64,000 nucleotides of DNA from positions 1 to 64,000 of the forward strand of contig QPMI01000414.1 in assembly GCA_004431415.1 (NCBI GenBank), given 5' to 3'. This DNA comes from Cyanophora paradoxa CCMP329. Taxonomy: Eukaryota > Plantae > Glaucophyta. Shown here piece by piece: positions 31,323 through 42,998 of this stretch. The position numbers and the translations under genes were made by a program. Within the stretch, counting starts at the first letter, position 1; every line of letters begins with the position of its first letter. The notes under the pieces were generated by a model. That model saw only the letters and a program-made list of their open reading frames with translations. It was not told the origin of the DNA and ran no database searches.

Positions 31323-34105
31323 CTAAGTACGTATACGCTTCCTAGCTGCAAACCGTGCGCGGCCGGGGACGGGGCGGGGCGACCGCGGGGCGGGCGGCGG
31401 CGGGGCCGGGGCCGGGGCCGGGGCCCGGGACGAGGAGGGCGCAGGGGCGCCCGGGAGGGCGGCGGCGAGGAGGCCCCGCGCGAAGGGCTCGAGGTGGGGC
31501 GGGACGAGCAGGTCCAGCGCCGGCGGGCACGGCGGCCCGGGGCGCCCCGAAGGGCCGGGGCCGGGGCCGCGGAGGGCGGCGAGGAGGCGGAGGCTCCCCT
31601 CGCTCTCCGCCGCGAGCCGCAGCCGCAGGCTGCGATCGCGAGGGGTACAGAATCAATGCACGGGGGTACGGTGGTGGGGGGCAGATTTGGGTTTGCGGAC
31701 CGGCGGAGGTTGGGGCAGGCGGCGAGGGCTCCCAGCTCTTCGAGGGAGGGGTACCCGATCGTGAAGGGGCCGGCGTGGGCCCACGCGCGGAGGGCGCGCG
31801 GGGCCGCCCGCGCGAGGGCCGCCGCGGCGGGGCCCTCGAGGATCGGAGGCGGCGGGGCGGCGGCGGAGGCGGAGGCTGAGGCGGAGGCGGGCCCCGGGGC
31901 CGGCTGCAGGTCGAAGGCGACGCGAAGGTCCGAGAGGCGCGGGAGGCGGGCGATGCCGGCCGCCAGAGGCGCCAGCGCCCCCGCCTGCTCCTCCCCGCCC
32001 GGGGGGAGCGACTCGATCCGCACCTCGACGGCCTCCAAGCAGTCGTACCCCCCTCCGGCGAGGGCGAGGGCGAGGGCGGCGGGCGGGCCACCCCCGTCGA
32101 GGCGCAGGCCGCAGAGGGAGAGGGAGGATAGGGCGCCGGGGCGGGCCGAAAGCAGCGCCGCCAGCGCGGGGCCTGCCGGAACCGTCAGTCGAGCCGCTCG
32201 ATCGCAAAGCGGTGGAGGGGTACGGCGCGCCGTTGGCGAGGGGACCGCGGACGACCAGGCGGAGCTCGGCAAGGCTCCGGGAGCCGGCGACGCCCGCCGC
32301 CAGGCCCTCGAGGAACGCCTGCGTCGGCGGCGAAAGGTGAGGACCGGCGGCCGGAGAAAGAAACGGAGTACCCCCCTTCCAGCCCAGCGCACCTCGGCGG
32401 GACGGGATGCGGGCCCGGAGAGGTCGAGGGAGAGGGAGCGCAGCGTCGGGTGCGCCCCGAGGCGCGCGGCCGCCGCGGCGCTCAGCGGCTCGCCCCCGTC
32501 CACCTGCGAACGCGACGTCAGAAACAAGTAGGATAAACTAAACCAGAGCTTAAGGTTAAGAAGCCAAGAGGTTAAGAGATTGCGCCCAAGATTTTAAGAG
32601 ATTGCGCACGGAGCACTGGAGCGATTCGAGGGATGGGAGGCGGGTTAGCGCTTCCAGGGCATCCTCGCTCAGGAGGCCCGTCGGGCACGCCAGCCGCCGC
32701 AGCCGCGAGGGGGCGCCCCGCCCCTCCGCCGCCGCCGCCAGCGCCGCGAGCCCCGCGCCCAGCTGCATGTCCTGCGTACCCGTCTGAGATTAGGAGGGGG
32801 TAGAGTGCGGGGGGGGAGGGGGGGGGAGGGGCGGGGTACGCGCACCGGCCCGCAGCGGAGCTCGATGGATTCGAGGAGGGGCCCGGTGCCCGCCAGCGCC
32901 CCATCAGGCGCGCACGAAGCATACTCGGCATCCTCCCGGGAGGCGGGGCTGGGGGTACGCGCCGCGTAAGCAGGGGGGTACAGGGTGAAGGGCGGGGCCG
33001 GAGGAACCTGAAGGAGATGGAGCGCAGGGAGGGTACGGCGGAACAGATCGCGGAGATGTGCTCGGCCCTGCGGGAATACAGATCAGAGGATCTAGCTATA
33101 AGCTGGAAAAAGGGCCCCGCGGGGAGTCGAACCGGAGGCAAACGAACTCGGAGAGCTCGAGGGAGCGGAGGGCGGAGAAGGGGTACAGGTGCGCCGCGAG
33201 GCGGGAGGGCTCGGGCCGGGCGCGGCCGCCGGCGGGCAGGCGGACGGAGATCGATTCCAGGGAGGCGGCGCACGGCCGCAGGGCGAGCAGGGCGTCGTAG
33301 AGCAGCCCGAGGCGAGTGGGGCCCGGCGAGCAGCAGCCGCCGCCGTACCCCCCCTCCTCCTCCTCCTCCTCGTCCTCCCCGCCGCCTTCTCCCGCGAAGC
33401 GCAGCTCGAGGTCGATCTCCGCGCGGCGGAGCGGCGCGCCGGCGGCGGCGGCTGCAGAGAGCAGCGCGAGCGCGGCGCCGGCGGCGCGCCGTTCGAGGCA
33501 GGGCTCCACCGGCGTTCCGCCGTCCTCGAAGCGAAGAGAAAAGCGGGCCTCGCGGATCCGCGCGCCCCGGAAGCGCCCCGCCACGACGTGCCGGGCCAGC
33601 CCGTGCGCGCGCTGCGCGGCGGCCGCGACCTGCCGCGAGGCCTCCGAGCGCGCCGCCCAACGATCCCGAGCCTCCTGCCCGCGCCCGTGCATCCGGTAAT
33701 CCCGGCCACGCATTTCCCGCACCAGGCGGTCCGCCCGCCCGGGGTCCGGCAGCCCGACCTCGAGTCGATCCCACTGCGCGGAGAAGTCAGCGGCAGCGAA
33801 GGGGCACATCGGATCGCTTCGAGCTAGTGTTTAGATGGAAAGGGGATGCGAGGCGCGGCGCTACTATCCGCCGCGCTAGCCGCCCGGCGCAACCGCGACC
33901 TCTCGCGCACGCGCGCGCGCGCGCGCGCGCCCGGCTCGGGATCGCGCAAACGCACATGGCAGTGGTAGAATGCGCGGCTGAAGCGGCGATCCACCGCCCA
34001 GAGCCGGCTGGCGCAGGCCTCGTGCGGGCCCAGGGCCTCAATGATGTGCTCGAGGACCGCCTCAGGGAGCGCGGCGAACGGGTCGCCGTGCGCGCTGGTC
34101 TCCAT
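31323..34105 (-). CDS. F-box / degenerate LRR protein (multi-exon)
   Basis: DPFAALPEAVLEHIIEALG..LWAVDRRF (F-box). LRR-like FSALRSLEL, VPSLRSISF, LPSLESL, HPTLRSLSL, LPRLSDLRV, CPNLR. Confidence 0.75.
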
Positions 34106-34576
34106 TGCGACTGCCCAGGCTAGCCTACTCTTCGGCGCCGTGCAGCTGCCAGCGGAGCATGTGGTCAAGAACACAAGTACCCGGGCGGTTCCACTTTTTT
34201 TGGCCCAGGAACATCTGTACCCGGACCGAACCGATAGCCTGCGATAGGCCCCAGTTTGGATCAGCTCCGCGGGTCCAGCGACAGCGCTCCAAAGTTTCCA
34301 TCCGCACTAAGCAGCACGGCACCCGCCTGGCCCTGATTTAGCAACGCAGCCGACCTCGTCCGACGCTGCCTAGCGACACCTCCGTGCCTCTCAGACCCAT
34401 CTGCAGGCTCTGCGGCAGCTCTGCCAGCGCTCTCACCCCCAGCCTCGTCTGGACTGCAAGGCGCTGGACGTCCCGCCGTAACGGGTTAGCGGCTGCAGTG
34501 CGGCATTGGAGAGTGCATCCAGCCGTGGAACACTCGAGTACAACGTCATAGCTCCTCGTAGCTAGGCAGGGCAGCG

Positions 34577-36549
34577 ATGGCGGAGGCGAGGCCGAGCGAC
34601 AGCACCATGCGGAGATTGCGGGCAGAGCGCTTCATGCAGCAGGCGGGGCAGAGCCTGCGCTTCGAGGACGACGCGTCAGATGCGGGCGGCAACTCGTCCA
34701 GGGGAATCACCGCCTCCGAGCTCCAGGGACTCTTCAACAAGGCCCGGGAGGGGACGTCCATGCGTGCCCGCATCGAGGCCGCGCGCGGGGCGTACGCGCC
34801 GCCAAGCCGCCAGGCGACGGGTGCGCTGAAGCGTGGCCCGCCCGCGCCTCGGCTCACGCGCCCCGCAGTGGGCGGGCCCTCGTCCCTGGGAATCATGACG
34901 CGGCACCAGAGCCTGAGGAGTCAGTTCGAGCACTACGAGGTCGGCTGCAGATTTGATCCGCGCCCCGACCCCGCCCTCGCGGCAATGGAATTGATCCGGT
35001 GGCAGCCCTCGAACGACCAGCGGGAAGCGGCGATGCACGAGACGTGGCTCCAGAAGCGCGCCGTCGAAGCCGAGATGGCCAAGGTCCCTGCTGTTGATTC
35101 AGAAGCTTCCGTTCCGCGATCCTTAACTGTTTTCGCTTTTCCGTTCAGGCCGACGTCGCCATGAAGCGCGTCCTGGAGCAGTGGAACCTGCAGCGCGCCC
35201 GCGTCGAGGAGGAGATCACGAGGAAGCAGGCGGGTACCGCTTTTCCTCGCGCCGCGAGCCGGTCTGAGACGTTACCACCCTCCCGCAGGAGTCGTCCCGG
35301 TTCGCGGCAAGGACACCCCGCTTCAGGCTCCACGAGGGCGGCGGGTCGGGCCTCCTGCGGCCCCAGTCGGCGCTCGCGTCCGCCTCTTCGGCGTCCCTCG
35401 CGGCCCGCTCGGCGTTCCGGCGATCGCAGTCCCTGCGGCCCCAGTCCGCGGACCCCAAGCTGACCGAGAACGCCACCATGGCCCAGGTTCGAACCCCCGA
35501 GATTCCAGTTCTTTCTCGCCGCTCTTCCTCCTCGGCCGGAGCCGACCGACCGACCGACCGACCGACCGAGGGCCCCGCAGCTGATCGCGGCGGCGGCGGA
35601 AGATAGCTCAAGCGAGGAGGAGACGCTCCCGGCCGAGCAGGAGAAGGCCGACCTCGCGGTCGAGACGTACGAGTCCGGAGGCGCGTCGGGCGCCGGGGCA
35701 GGGCGGGGCAGGGCCGGCGGAGATTCGATCCGGACTCAGTCCGTGCAGGACCTGACGCTCGGTCCGTGCAGGCGGTCAGATGTGGCTCTCGCCCTACCGC
35801 AACAACGAGTGGAAGAAACACTGTGCGGCATCCCTGTACCCCTCCTCTCGCCGTGCCGCCCCGTACCCCCCTCCCCCTGAACGCTTTCGGCGCAGGGAAG
35901 GCGCCGCCGTTCCTGGAGGACGAGGGGGCCGTGCGCGGGTTTAAATCCCCCCACCCCGAGACCCGGGCGCCCGCCGTCGGTCCGAAGGCGATGATCAACG
36001 CGGGGCCTACCCCCCCGCCCGCCCCCGTACCCCCCGTCAACACGGCCATTGCCCTCGCCCGGCCCTCCAGCGCCCAGCTCTCGAGCGCGTACCGCGTCTC
36101 CCAGGTCACCCCGTACCCCCCTCCGAAACTCCGTGTACCCCCCTGAGGCGGCGGCGAAGGTGGGGGAGTGCGAGAAGATTGCGTTCGCCTTCGCGCGGCG
36201 GAACATCCCGTGCCCCCGGCCCCTCGTCGAGCAGTGCGTACCCCCCACCCCCCTCCGTCAACCACCTTCCTACCGTTCCTACCCCCCGCCAACTTCCCCA
36301 CCCCCTACGCCACAGGGCGATCCTCGTACCCTGCGACAAGGCGTACGACGATCTCGTGTCGATCCTTCCTAGGCCCTCGGTGCGCGATGAATTCAAAATT
36401 ACTCGCCACCGGATTCGAAACCGCGCTCACCGGTTCGAAAACAGACCGGCCTGGAGCGGAACCCTTTCCCCGAGGACCCGAAGAAGGGAAAGGGGAAAGC
36501 GAAGGCAAAAGGGAAAGGGAAGAAGGGCGCCAAGAAGGGGAAGAAGTAG
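34577..36549 (+). CDS. Hypothetical multi-exon protein with Lys/Gly-rich C-terminus
   Basis: ATG at 34577. Spliceable exons include EQWNLQRARVEEEITRKQ|ESSRF and ECEKIAFAFARRNIP. The last exon ends KKGKGKAKAKGKGKKGAKKGKK-TAG. Confidence 0.6.
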
Positions 36550-36916
36550 GCCCTCCTCGGCTCGGCGCCGCAGGGTCGATCCCTGTGCAGTTGCACACGC
36601 ACATACACGTACATACCGATACTGTTCGAATTCACGCGTATTTATATATACGTTACATTAACGTTACACCCGAGCGCAATGATGCGATCCTTCCTGGCTG
36701 CTACAAAACTGATCGTATCGATAGAAAAGCTACAGCTAGCGGCTACAGCGCTATCGTCCCCTACGCCTGTACAGATTCAAAGCGGTCGTTCCAGCAAACA
36801 GAAATGCGGCGGGAAAGCGCCGAAGGGGGGGTAGAGTACATGCCGCTCAGCGCGGCGGATTCGGAGGAAAGATCTAGATCTGAGATCTAGAGATACATTG
36901 ACGGCAGCGAACTGAG

Positions 36917-38197
36917 TCACTGGAAGGCGAGCCTGTACCGGGGCGCGGCGGAGCGAACGAAGTTGACGGACGGTGCGCCGCGGAGGGGGCCGCAGGCGCC
37001 GGCGGCGGGGCCAGAGGGGGCGCGGGACGCGAGGAGCTGAGAGACCCACTGCCACCCGCCCACGGCGCCCGCGACGACTCCCAGGGCGGCCACTGCGAAC
37101 GCAGGCAGATCAGATCCCAGAGCGCGCCGCGGGATCGAATTGGACCGGACCTATCCATATCCCGAGGATGACAGCGAAAGCTCGGACGGCGAAGGAGATC
37201 AGCGCGCACTGCGGGGAGCGGTCAGGCGCGAGCCCGGCGCGGAAAGGCGGGCGGACGGGACGCGGCGGCGGACCGAAACGCGGTCCTCGGGCCGCCCGCG
37301 GAAGCGAAAGTCGACCAGGACGGGCCCGTTGGGGCCCTCGCCGCGCCGCACGTACTTCGAGGGCGAATGCGCATGCGCGGCGGCGACCCCCGGCGACTGG
37401 AAGGGGCGAACGACGAGCGCGTCGTAGTTCAGCTTGTAGTCCGACCGCTGAGAGACGCGCACGGCCAGGTGACGCAGCGCCCCCGCCTGCGCGACGAGAG
37501 CTGTCAGCCTCCCGCCCAGGAGCACAGCCGCGGGGCGCATTTAGATCGCAGCCCGCACCAGCTGCCGCGCGATCGGAGGGGCGTCGCCCGTGGCCCCTTC
37601 TTCAGGGCAAAGGAGGATCGACCGGACGCAGCGCAGGTCCGAAATGGAGCACGGGGCAGACTGCTGCTGGATAAGCACCAGTTCCTCGAGTAGACCGCAT
37701 GCCGCCGCGAAGGATCGCGTGTTTGCCGCCGCTGCGTACGTCGAAGGAAACGATTAGAATGGATGCATTAGGGGCGAAGGCCGAGCGCTGGGCGCCCCCG
37801 CCGCATTCTAGCCGACGCGCCGCACAACGGGTCATGCCGCACAACCAAAGCGACACTCGGTGACAGGCTCCCGCGCAGCAGGCGCCCGGCAGAGAGACGA
37901 ACCTGGTGTACGGATGATGCCGCTCGACATCGGGTTCATGGGGGCAACGGTCTCCAGGAACGCGGCGGCCGGAATCCCGAGTAGCACGGCGACATCATAG
38001 GCGTCGAAGTTCTCCGGCCGTAGCTCGCCGGACTCCCGAGCCTCTGCGGCCAATTCTCTGCGAGCGTACGTCATTCAGCACGCGCGGACGTGGGCCGGCG
38101 GCCAAGGGGCCGCATTTCCCGGCGGGCTGGCGCGGAAGCACGCGGACCTGCATCGTGCAAGGAAGGCAGCACCCAGGAGATCAGGGTCCGCGAGCAT
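36917..38197 (-). CDS. Hypothetical multi-exon protein with a near-C-terminal hydrophobic segment, divergent from EMG1
   Basis: Canonical GT..AG introns join MLADPDLLG..R|ELAAEARE..|..GLLEELVLIQ..|AGALRHL..KY|CALISFAVRAFAVILGIWI|VAALGVVAGAVGGWQW..stop. Confidence 0.5.
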
Positions 38198-38446
38198 CGC
38201 GGCTTCCAGTCTCAAAGAGCTGCCAAGTTGCGGGTGGCGGCACAGATCCTTGTACCCTGCAGACTTTTTTCGCCTGAAGTCGCTCCGAGCCCGCGGCGCA
38301 GGAAGGCGATCGAGGACGTGTTCAACGAGCACGGGCGTCAAAGAAGCAGCCCAGTTCCAAGGCGCCCTCGCGATCGGACGAGTTCAGCCGCGTGCAATCG
38401 AGCTTAGCTGCGAGGCGGTGCGAGCGGCACAACAGCGGCGGCAGCG

Positions 38447-39583
38447 ATGGGAGATCGTACACGGAAGCGGGCGGCGTCCCCCTCGCTCGACACAGCGCCG
38501 CCGAAGCCGAAGAAAGGCGACTCCCGGCGCTTGATCGTCGTTCTCGAGAGCGCACAGCTGGAGACCGTCAAGGCGGGCAAGGAGTTCCAGGTGCGTTGAT
38601 CTGCAGCGCCCCGGCATCGCCCTCGCGCTCCCCCCGCAGTCGACGTACAGCCGGCTAGCTTCTCGCCACTGACAGCGCCCCGGCGGTGCGCACGCAGCTC
38701 CTGAACTGCGATGACCATCAGCACATCTTCCGGAAGACGGGCCGCGACCCCGCGCTCTCCCGACCTGACATCACGCACCAGGTCGGACGCTCCTTGGCCA
38801 TTCGTGCCTTATCCGCCTCGCGCTGCCAGCCCGCCCGCTAATGCCGCGCGCGCGCTCGCACCCCGCAGTGTCTTCTTACGCTCCTGGACAGCCCTCTGAA
38901 CAAGGCGGGGATGCTGCAGATCTTCATACACACGGACAAGAACGTCCTCATCGAGGTGAACCCGCAGATCCGCATCCCGCGCACCTTCAAGCGATTCTGC
39001 GGCCTCTTCGGTGCGCCGCCGAGCTCCCCCATTGCTCCGCGCGCATGTTCCCTCGCCCCGCTCGTTGGCTCGCGCACTCACGCGAGGCCCCCGCCGCCGC
39101 ATGCGCAGTGCAACTGCTCCACAAGCTTTCGATCCGCGCGACGAACGGCCCCGAGAAGCTGCTCAAGGTCGTCCAGAACCCCGTCACGAAGTATTTGCCC
39201 ACGGGGGCCCCCCGGATAGGCGCGTAACCCTGCGAACCCCCCCCACCCCCCACCCCCCGGGGGGTACTGCGGGACCTGACGCGGACGGGTACCGCAGGGT
39301 GCTCGTTCAGCGCCCAGCAGTGCGTGCGCCTTCGGGACTGGGTACCCACCCTGCCGGATGGGCCCGTCGTCTTCGTCGTCGGCGCTTTCGCGCACGGTAC
39401 CCCCCTCCTTCGTTCGCTCTTTGAATCGCCCTTCTCTCGCCGATTGCGGGGCGGGGGGGTACAGGGAAGATCGAGGCGGATTACGTGGACCAGCAGATTG
39501 CGTTCTCCGAGTACCCCCTGAGCGCCTCGGTGGCCGTTGGGAAACTGTGCTGCGCGTTCGAGGACCAGTGGGGGGTACTGTAA
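38447..39583 (+). CDS. EMG1: 18S rRNA pseudouridine N1-methyltransferase Nep1/EMG1, 6 exons: 38447-38590, 38698-38781, 38869-39010, 39109-39219, 39298-39396, 39465-39583
   Basis: [81 protein letters not shown]. Confidence 0.96.
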
Positions 39584-40360
39584 TCTGTAGGGCGCGGTCC
39601 TCGTGTTGTCTTGAGACTGTGTCATATGCATAGAGCTTGCAATCGGATCTACCATCGGATCTAGCTATATAGAACGTCCGAGCTGCACTCGATCCGCGCT
39701 GCGTAACGATACGCGTACAGCCTTCAGGGGAGGGGGGCCAGACCCCAAGGGGGTGGGGGGAGGGGGGGGGACCTTGGCAAGGGTGCGTTTGATCCAATGG
39801 CAAGGTGCAGAAAAAACGGATGCAGAAAACGCGGCAGGGTCCAGTCGGTCGTATCGTGATATCGAAATTGTCATAGTATCGCGTGAATTGATTGCAATAA
39901 GTTAGTACTAGGCCTTTGACAATTTCTAGGCCTGCGCATACGAACGCTTATAATTATGCGGGCATGCCGAATCCTGCAGCTGCACTGCGGCAATCCGATG
40001 ATCTCTTCGCTCGAAAATTCGTAATTGTAATTAACCATCATGGCATCAACTGCCCTTCTGCATCTGCCTGATGTCAACGTTGATCACACTGTGACACTTT
40101 GCCGGAGGAGTCGCCCCGTGCCGCAGTTCCCCCGGTCCCGGCGCGAGTCTGCCTGCTGCAGCCTGCAGCCGCTGAGCCTGTACCTGCTTCGAATATAATT
40201 CATCCTCTTCGAATTCTTTTACATGTGTTACGGCAGGGGTGATTCCTAGCAATCATTGAATATCCGGCGCCGAGCTAGTCTGAGACGTTCCGGCAGAATC
40301 CGGCTGCGTAGCCTATTGGATAGGATGCTCCTCAGCTCAGATCAGCCGTAGTACTAAGTA

Positions 40361-40880
40361 CCGTGTAACACTTAATTAATGCGCCAGAAATTAATGCGTT
40401 TTTGGACCCGGACCCCCAGTATTGATAATAATGCGGCACCGAATTAATGCGTTTCGAACTCGGAAGCTTTTTGGCTGCAGTAAGGGGGTACATACAGCAG
40501 TTTCATAGCTTTTTTTGGAAAGTCTGCTGCATTCGTACACACTTGACAACAGTCCCCCGCTCCTCGCCTACCGGATACTGGGATGCCATGATGCTGACTG
40601 CAGGATCCGGAGGAGATAGATGACAAGAGTGCTACAGTTCAACGGTTACTAGTCGTGTCGAGCTGGTGCTTTAGCTGTAGTCTACCGAGTCACCTCCAGA
40701 ACATAATATGCGCCGGTCCTCTAGCAGTGAGCCTGGCACGGTGAGCTGCACGGTCCGATACAGCAGTTTCATAGCGTTTCGATATTAATGCGGTCCCAAA
40801 TTAATGCGTTTTGCCAGCAAAAAACGCATTAATTAGGGACCGCATTACTCAAGTGCGCGCATTACTTAAGTGTTACACGG
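40361..40880. mobile_element. 520-bp MITE, Tc1/mariner superfamily (CCGT termini, TA target duplication)
   Basis: TA|CCGTGTAACACTTAATTAATGCGC ... GCGCATTACTTAAGTGTTACACGG|TA: 24-bp TIR with 1 mismatch. Subterminal ATTAATGCG repeats; no transposase ORF. Confidence 0.9.
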
Positions 40881-41127
40881 TAACTTCTAGACTAAAGAAG
40901 TTCTAGTAAGGACTGTCCTAACTGTCACAGTGTGTTCAAAATTTTCAAGTGGCACTGTGGCCCAGTCTGTGGGCCTGTCTGTGGCAGCCGGGCGCCTCCG
41001 GGCCTCCGGCCCTCCGCCCCCTGTAGGCTGTAGTGCAATTTTCGAGCCTGGCCTGGTACCGGTATTGAGGCGAAGAGCTAGTAATATAAACTAGTATTGC
41101 AGTTAAGCGCAGCTGCAGTTAAGTAGA

Positions 41128-41161
41128 CTAGAGGCTGTGGCCGGTAATTCCCCCCAAAAAA
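41128..41161 (+). mobile_element. 34-bp 3'-terminal fragment of the LINE family at 13-16.8 kb
   Basis: CTAGAGGCTGTGGCCGGTAATTC+C/A tail versus CTAGAGACTGTGGCCGGTAATTC+ACC+A tail at 16800-16834 (22/23 identical). Confidence 0.7.
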
Positions 41162-42260
41162 GTTAAATTGCCGCAAAGTTAATTTGCCGAATTCGCCCAA
41201 TTAAAACCGGATCGAATTGCCGTGGCGATAAATTGCCGAATCCAGCTGCGCAGCCTGCAGCTGCGCAGACTTTCGCACTATGGCGACCTAAGCAAATCTC
41301 TACCCCTAAGCAATGTGCTCATAATTGCCGAATCCGGCCTCTCGGCAATTAATTATAATTTACGGCATTTCGAAATTCCCTAGTACGTATTGTACGTGAG
41401 GACCCCTTTTTTACCAGGTAGTCGTCGATGCATCGTCGAGTCGATCGTCGACGCGCGCGAGCTTTTACTTATGAATTTATTATTTATTATGACTATATGC
41501 TAATTCGAATTCGTGGCTAATTGAGAATCTAGAAAGGCTTTAATTGAGAATTTGTAAGCTTAATGCCGGAGCACACGTTCCGGACACAACTACTGAAATT
41601 GCGAATTTGCATAGCGCAACCTTCCGGATGTGTTGTAAGCAGAACTTGAGCTCGAGTCAACGTGCTAAAAAAAGAAGCTTACGGCACTCGGAGCCTCAGA
41701 GTCGGAGGCTCAGCGGCTGTGCGCCGCGCGCGGGCCTGCCAGGCCCGCGCGCTGCGGGCCGGCCGGGCGCCACGCGCAGCGGCGCGCTGCGCATGCGCAT
41801 TCTGCAGCGCATCATGATCATGGCAATGATGGCATGTGCAGCGCAAGTACTACAAGCATTGCAGGCTATTAATATTTTGCAGCCACTGGGCCATGCAGTG
41901 CCAGGCCTAGGCCGCCGGGCTGCCAGCCTGCTGCCAAGCTGCCAGGCAGTGCCAGCCACTGCGCATGTGCATCACTGAGTCATCGATATCATAGGATTCG
42001 ATCATAGCTACGTATACTATGATAGCAGGCTTTAATTTGCAGTGTTGCGGGCCTTGCGGCGCATGCATACTATGATATGCCGCAGTGCCGCAGTGCGCGC
42101 GGAACTTGCCAAAGTTGGAACTTTCGGAACTTCGGAAGTACTATAGCTAGTGCGCAGTGCGCACTGCCAGGCTGCGCATGCCCGCCATTGCGCATGCCCG
42201 GCCCGGCGGCCCCCGCCGGCCCCGGGGGCGTACTACGGTACCGACGGCTAGCTACTAGGC

Positions 42261-42305
42261 CAGCAGCAGCAGCCGCTGAGCAGCAGCAGCAGCAGCAGCA
42301 GCAGC
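42261..42305. repeat. Interrupted (CAG)n microsatellite
   Basis: Read directly. Other simple tracts: poly-G at about 23463-23485, poly-C at 27751-27777, (GACC)n at about 35541-35567. Confidence 0.85.
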
Positions 42306-42998
42306 CTGCAGGCCGCAGCTGCTCGCTCCGCCGAGTCCGACGGTCGGAGCAGCAGCAGTCAGCAGCCGCGCGCTGAGCAGCAGCGCGCGGCCGGGCGAAT
42401 CATTTGAATCGCCCCTCCCTGGGCCGATCGTGAACCGGGGGAACGCGAATCCAACCGCCGCGCGCATATCAGCACCGGCCTTGCAGCTGTAGCGGCGCCG
42501 CGGCGCTGCAGCCTGCTGCAGCTGCCGCGCTCCGAGGCTCGCGCGCGGTGCCGGCCGCAGCAACACTGTGACAAGGTGGCTCTTAAGCTTGCAATCGCAA
42601 TTGCAACCGTTGAACAGAGTCAGCCGAGGCTGTCGTCGCAGCCGATAGCGGTGCAGCACTGCGCATGCGCATGCTGGCGCCAGCTGGAGGCTGTAGCTGA
42701 GCAGTTCAAAATCGGTTGCAGCAGGATATCTAGCTACAAAAGGGCCCCGGGCGGCCAGTTTTCCTGCGCATGCGCGCCTCCCCACGACCGCCGCGCGCTA
42801 TTAATTTTGACCTGGCGGATTGATTATCTATTTCAAACGTGCAGATAGCTACAGCTGAAGATTAGGTAGCTTCAACTTGCTTGCACTCTGAGAGCTTCGT
42901 CCGCTCTTCGCACGTGACGTACGCGAGGTGCGCACTCTAATTGTTATATAAACTGAAGCTTCGGAACTTGACGAAGCACAGGGACGCCCGGACTGCAG

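Noticed and set aside
40046-40252. Small minus-strand ORF as a transposase remnant
   Set aside because: Too short, with no catalytic motif recognised.
41544-42848. Several ORFs including a poly-Gln one
   Set aside because: Palindrome- and microsatellite-rich intergenic DNA with no coherent exon chain or domain.
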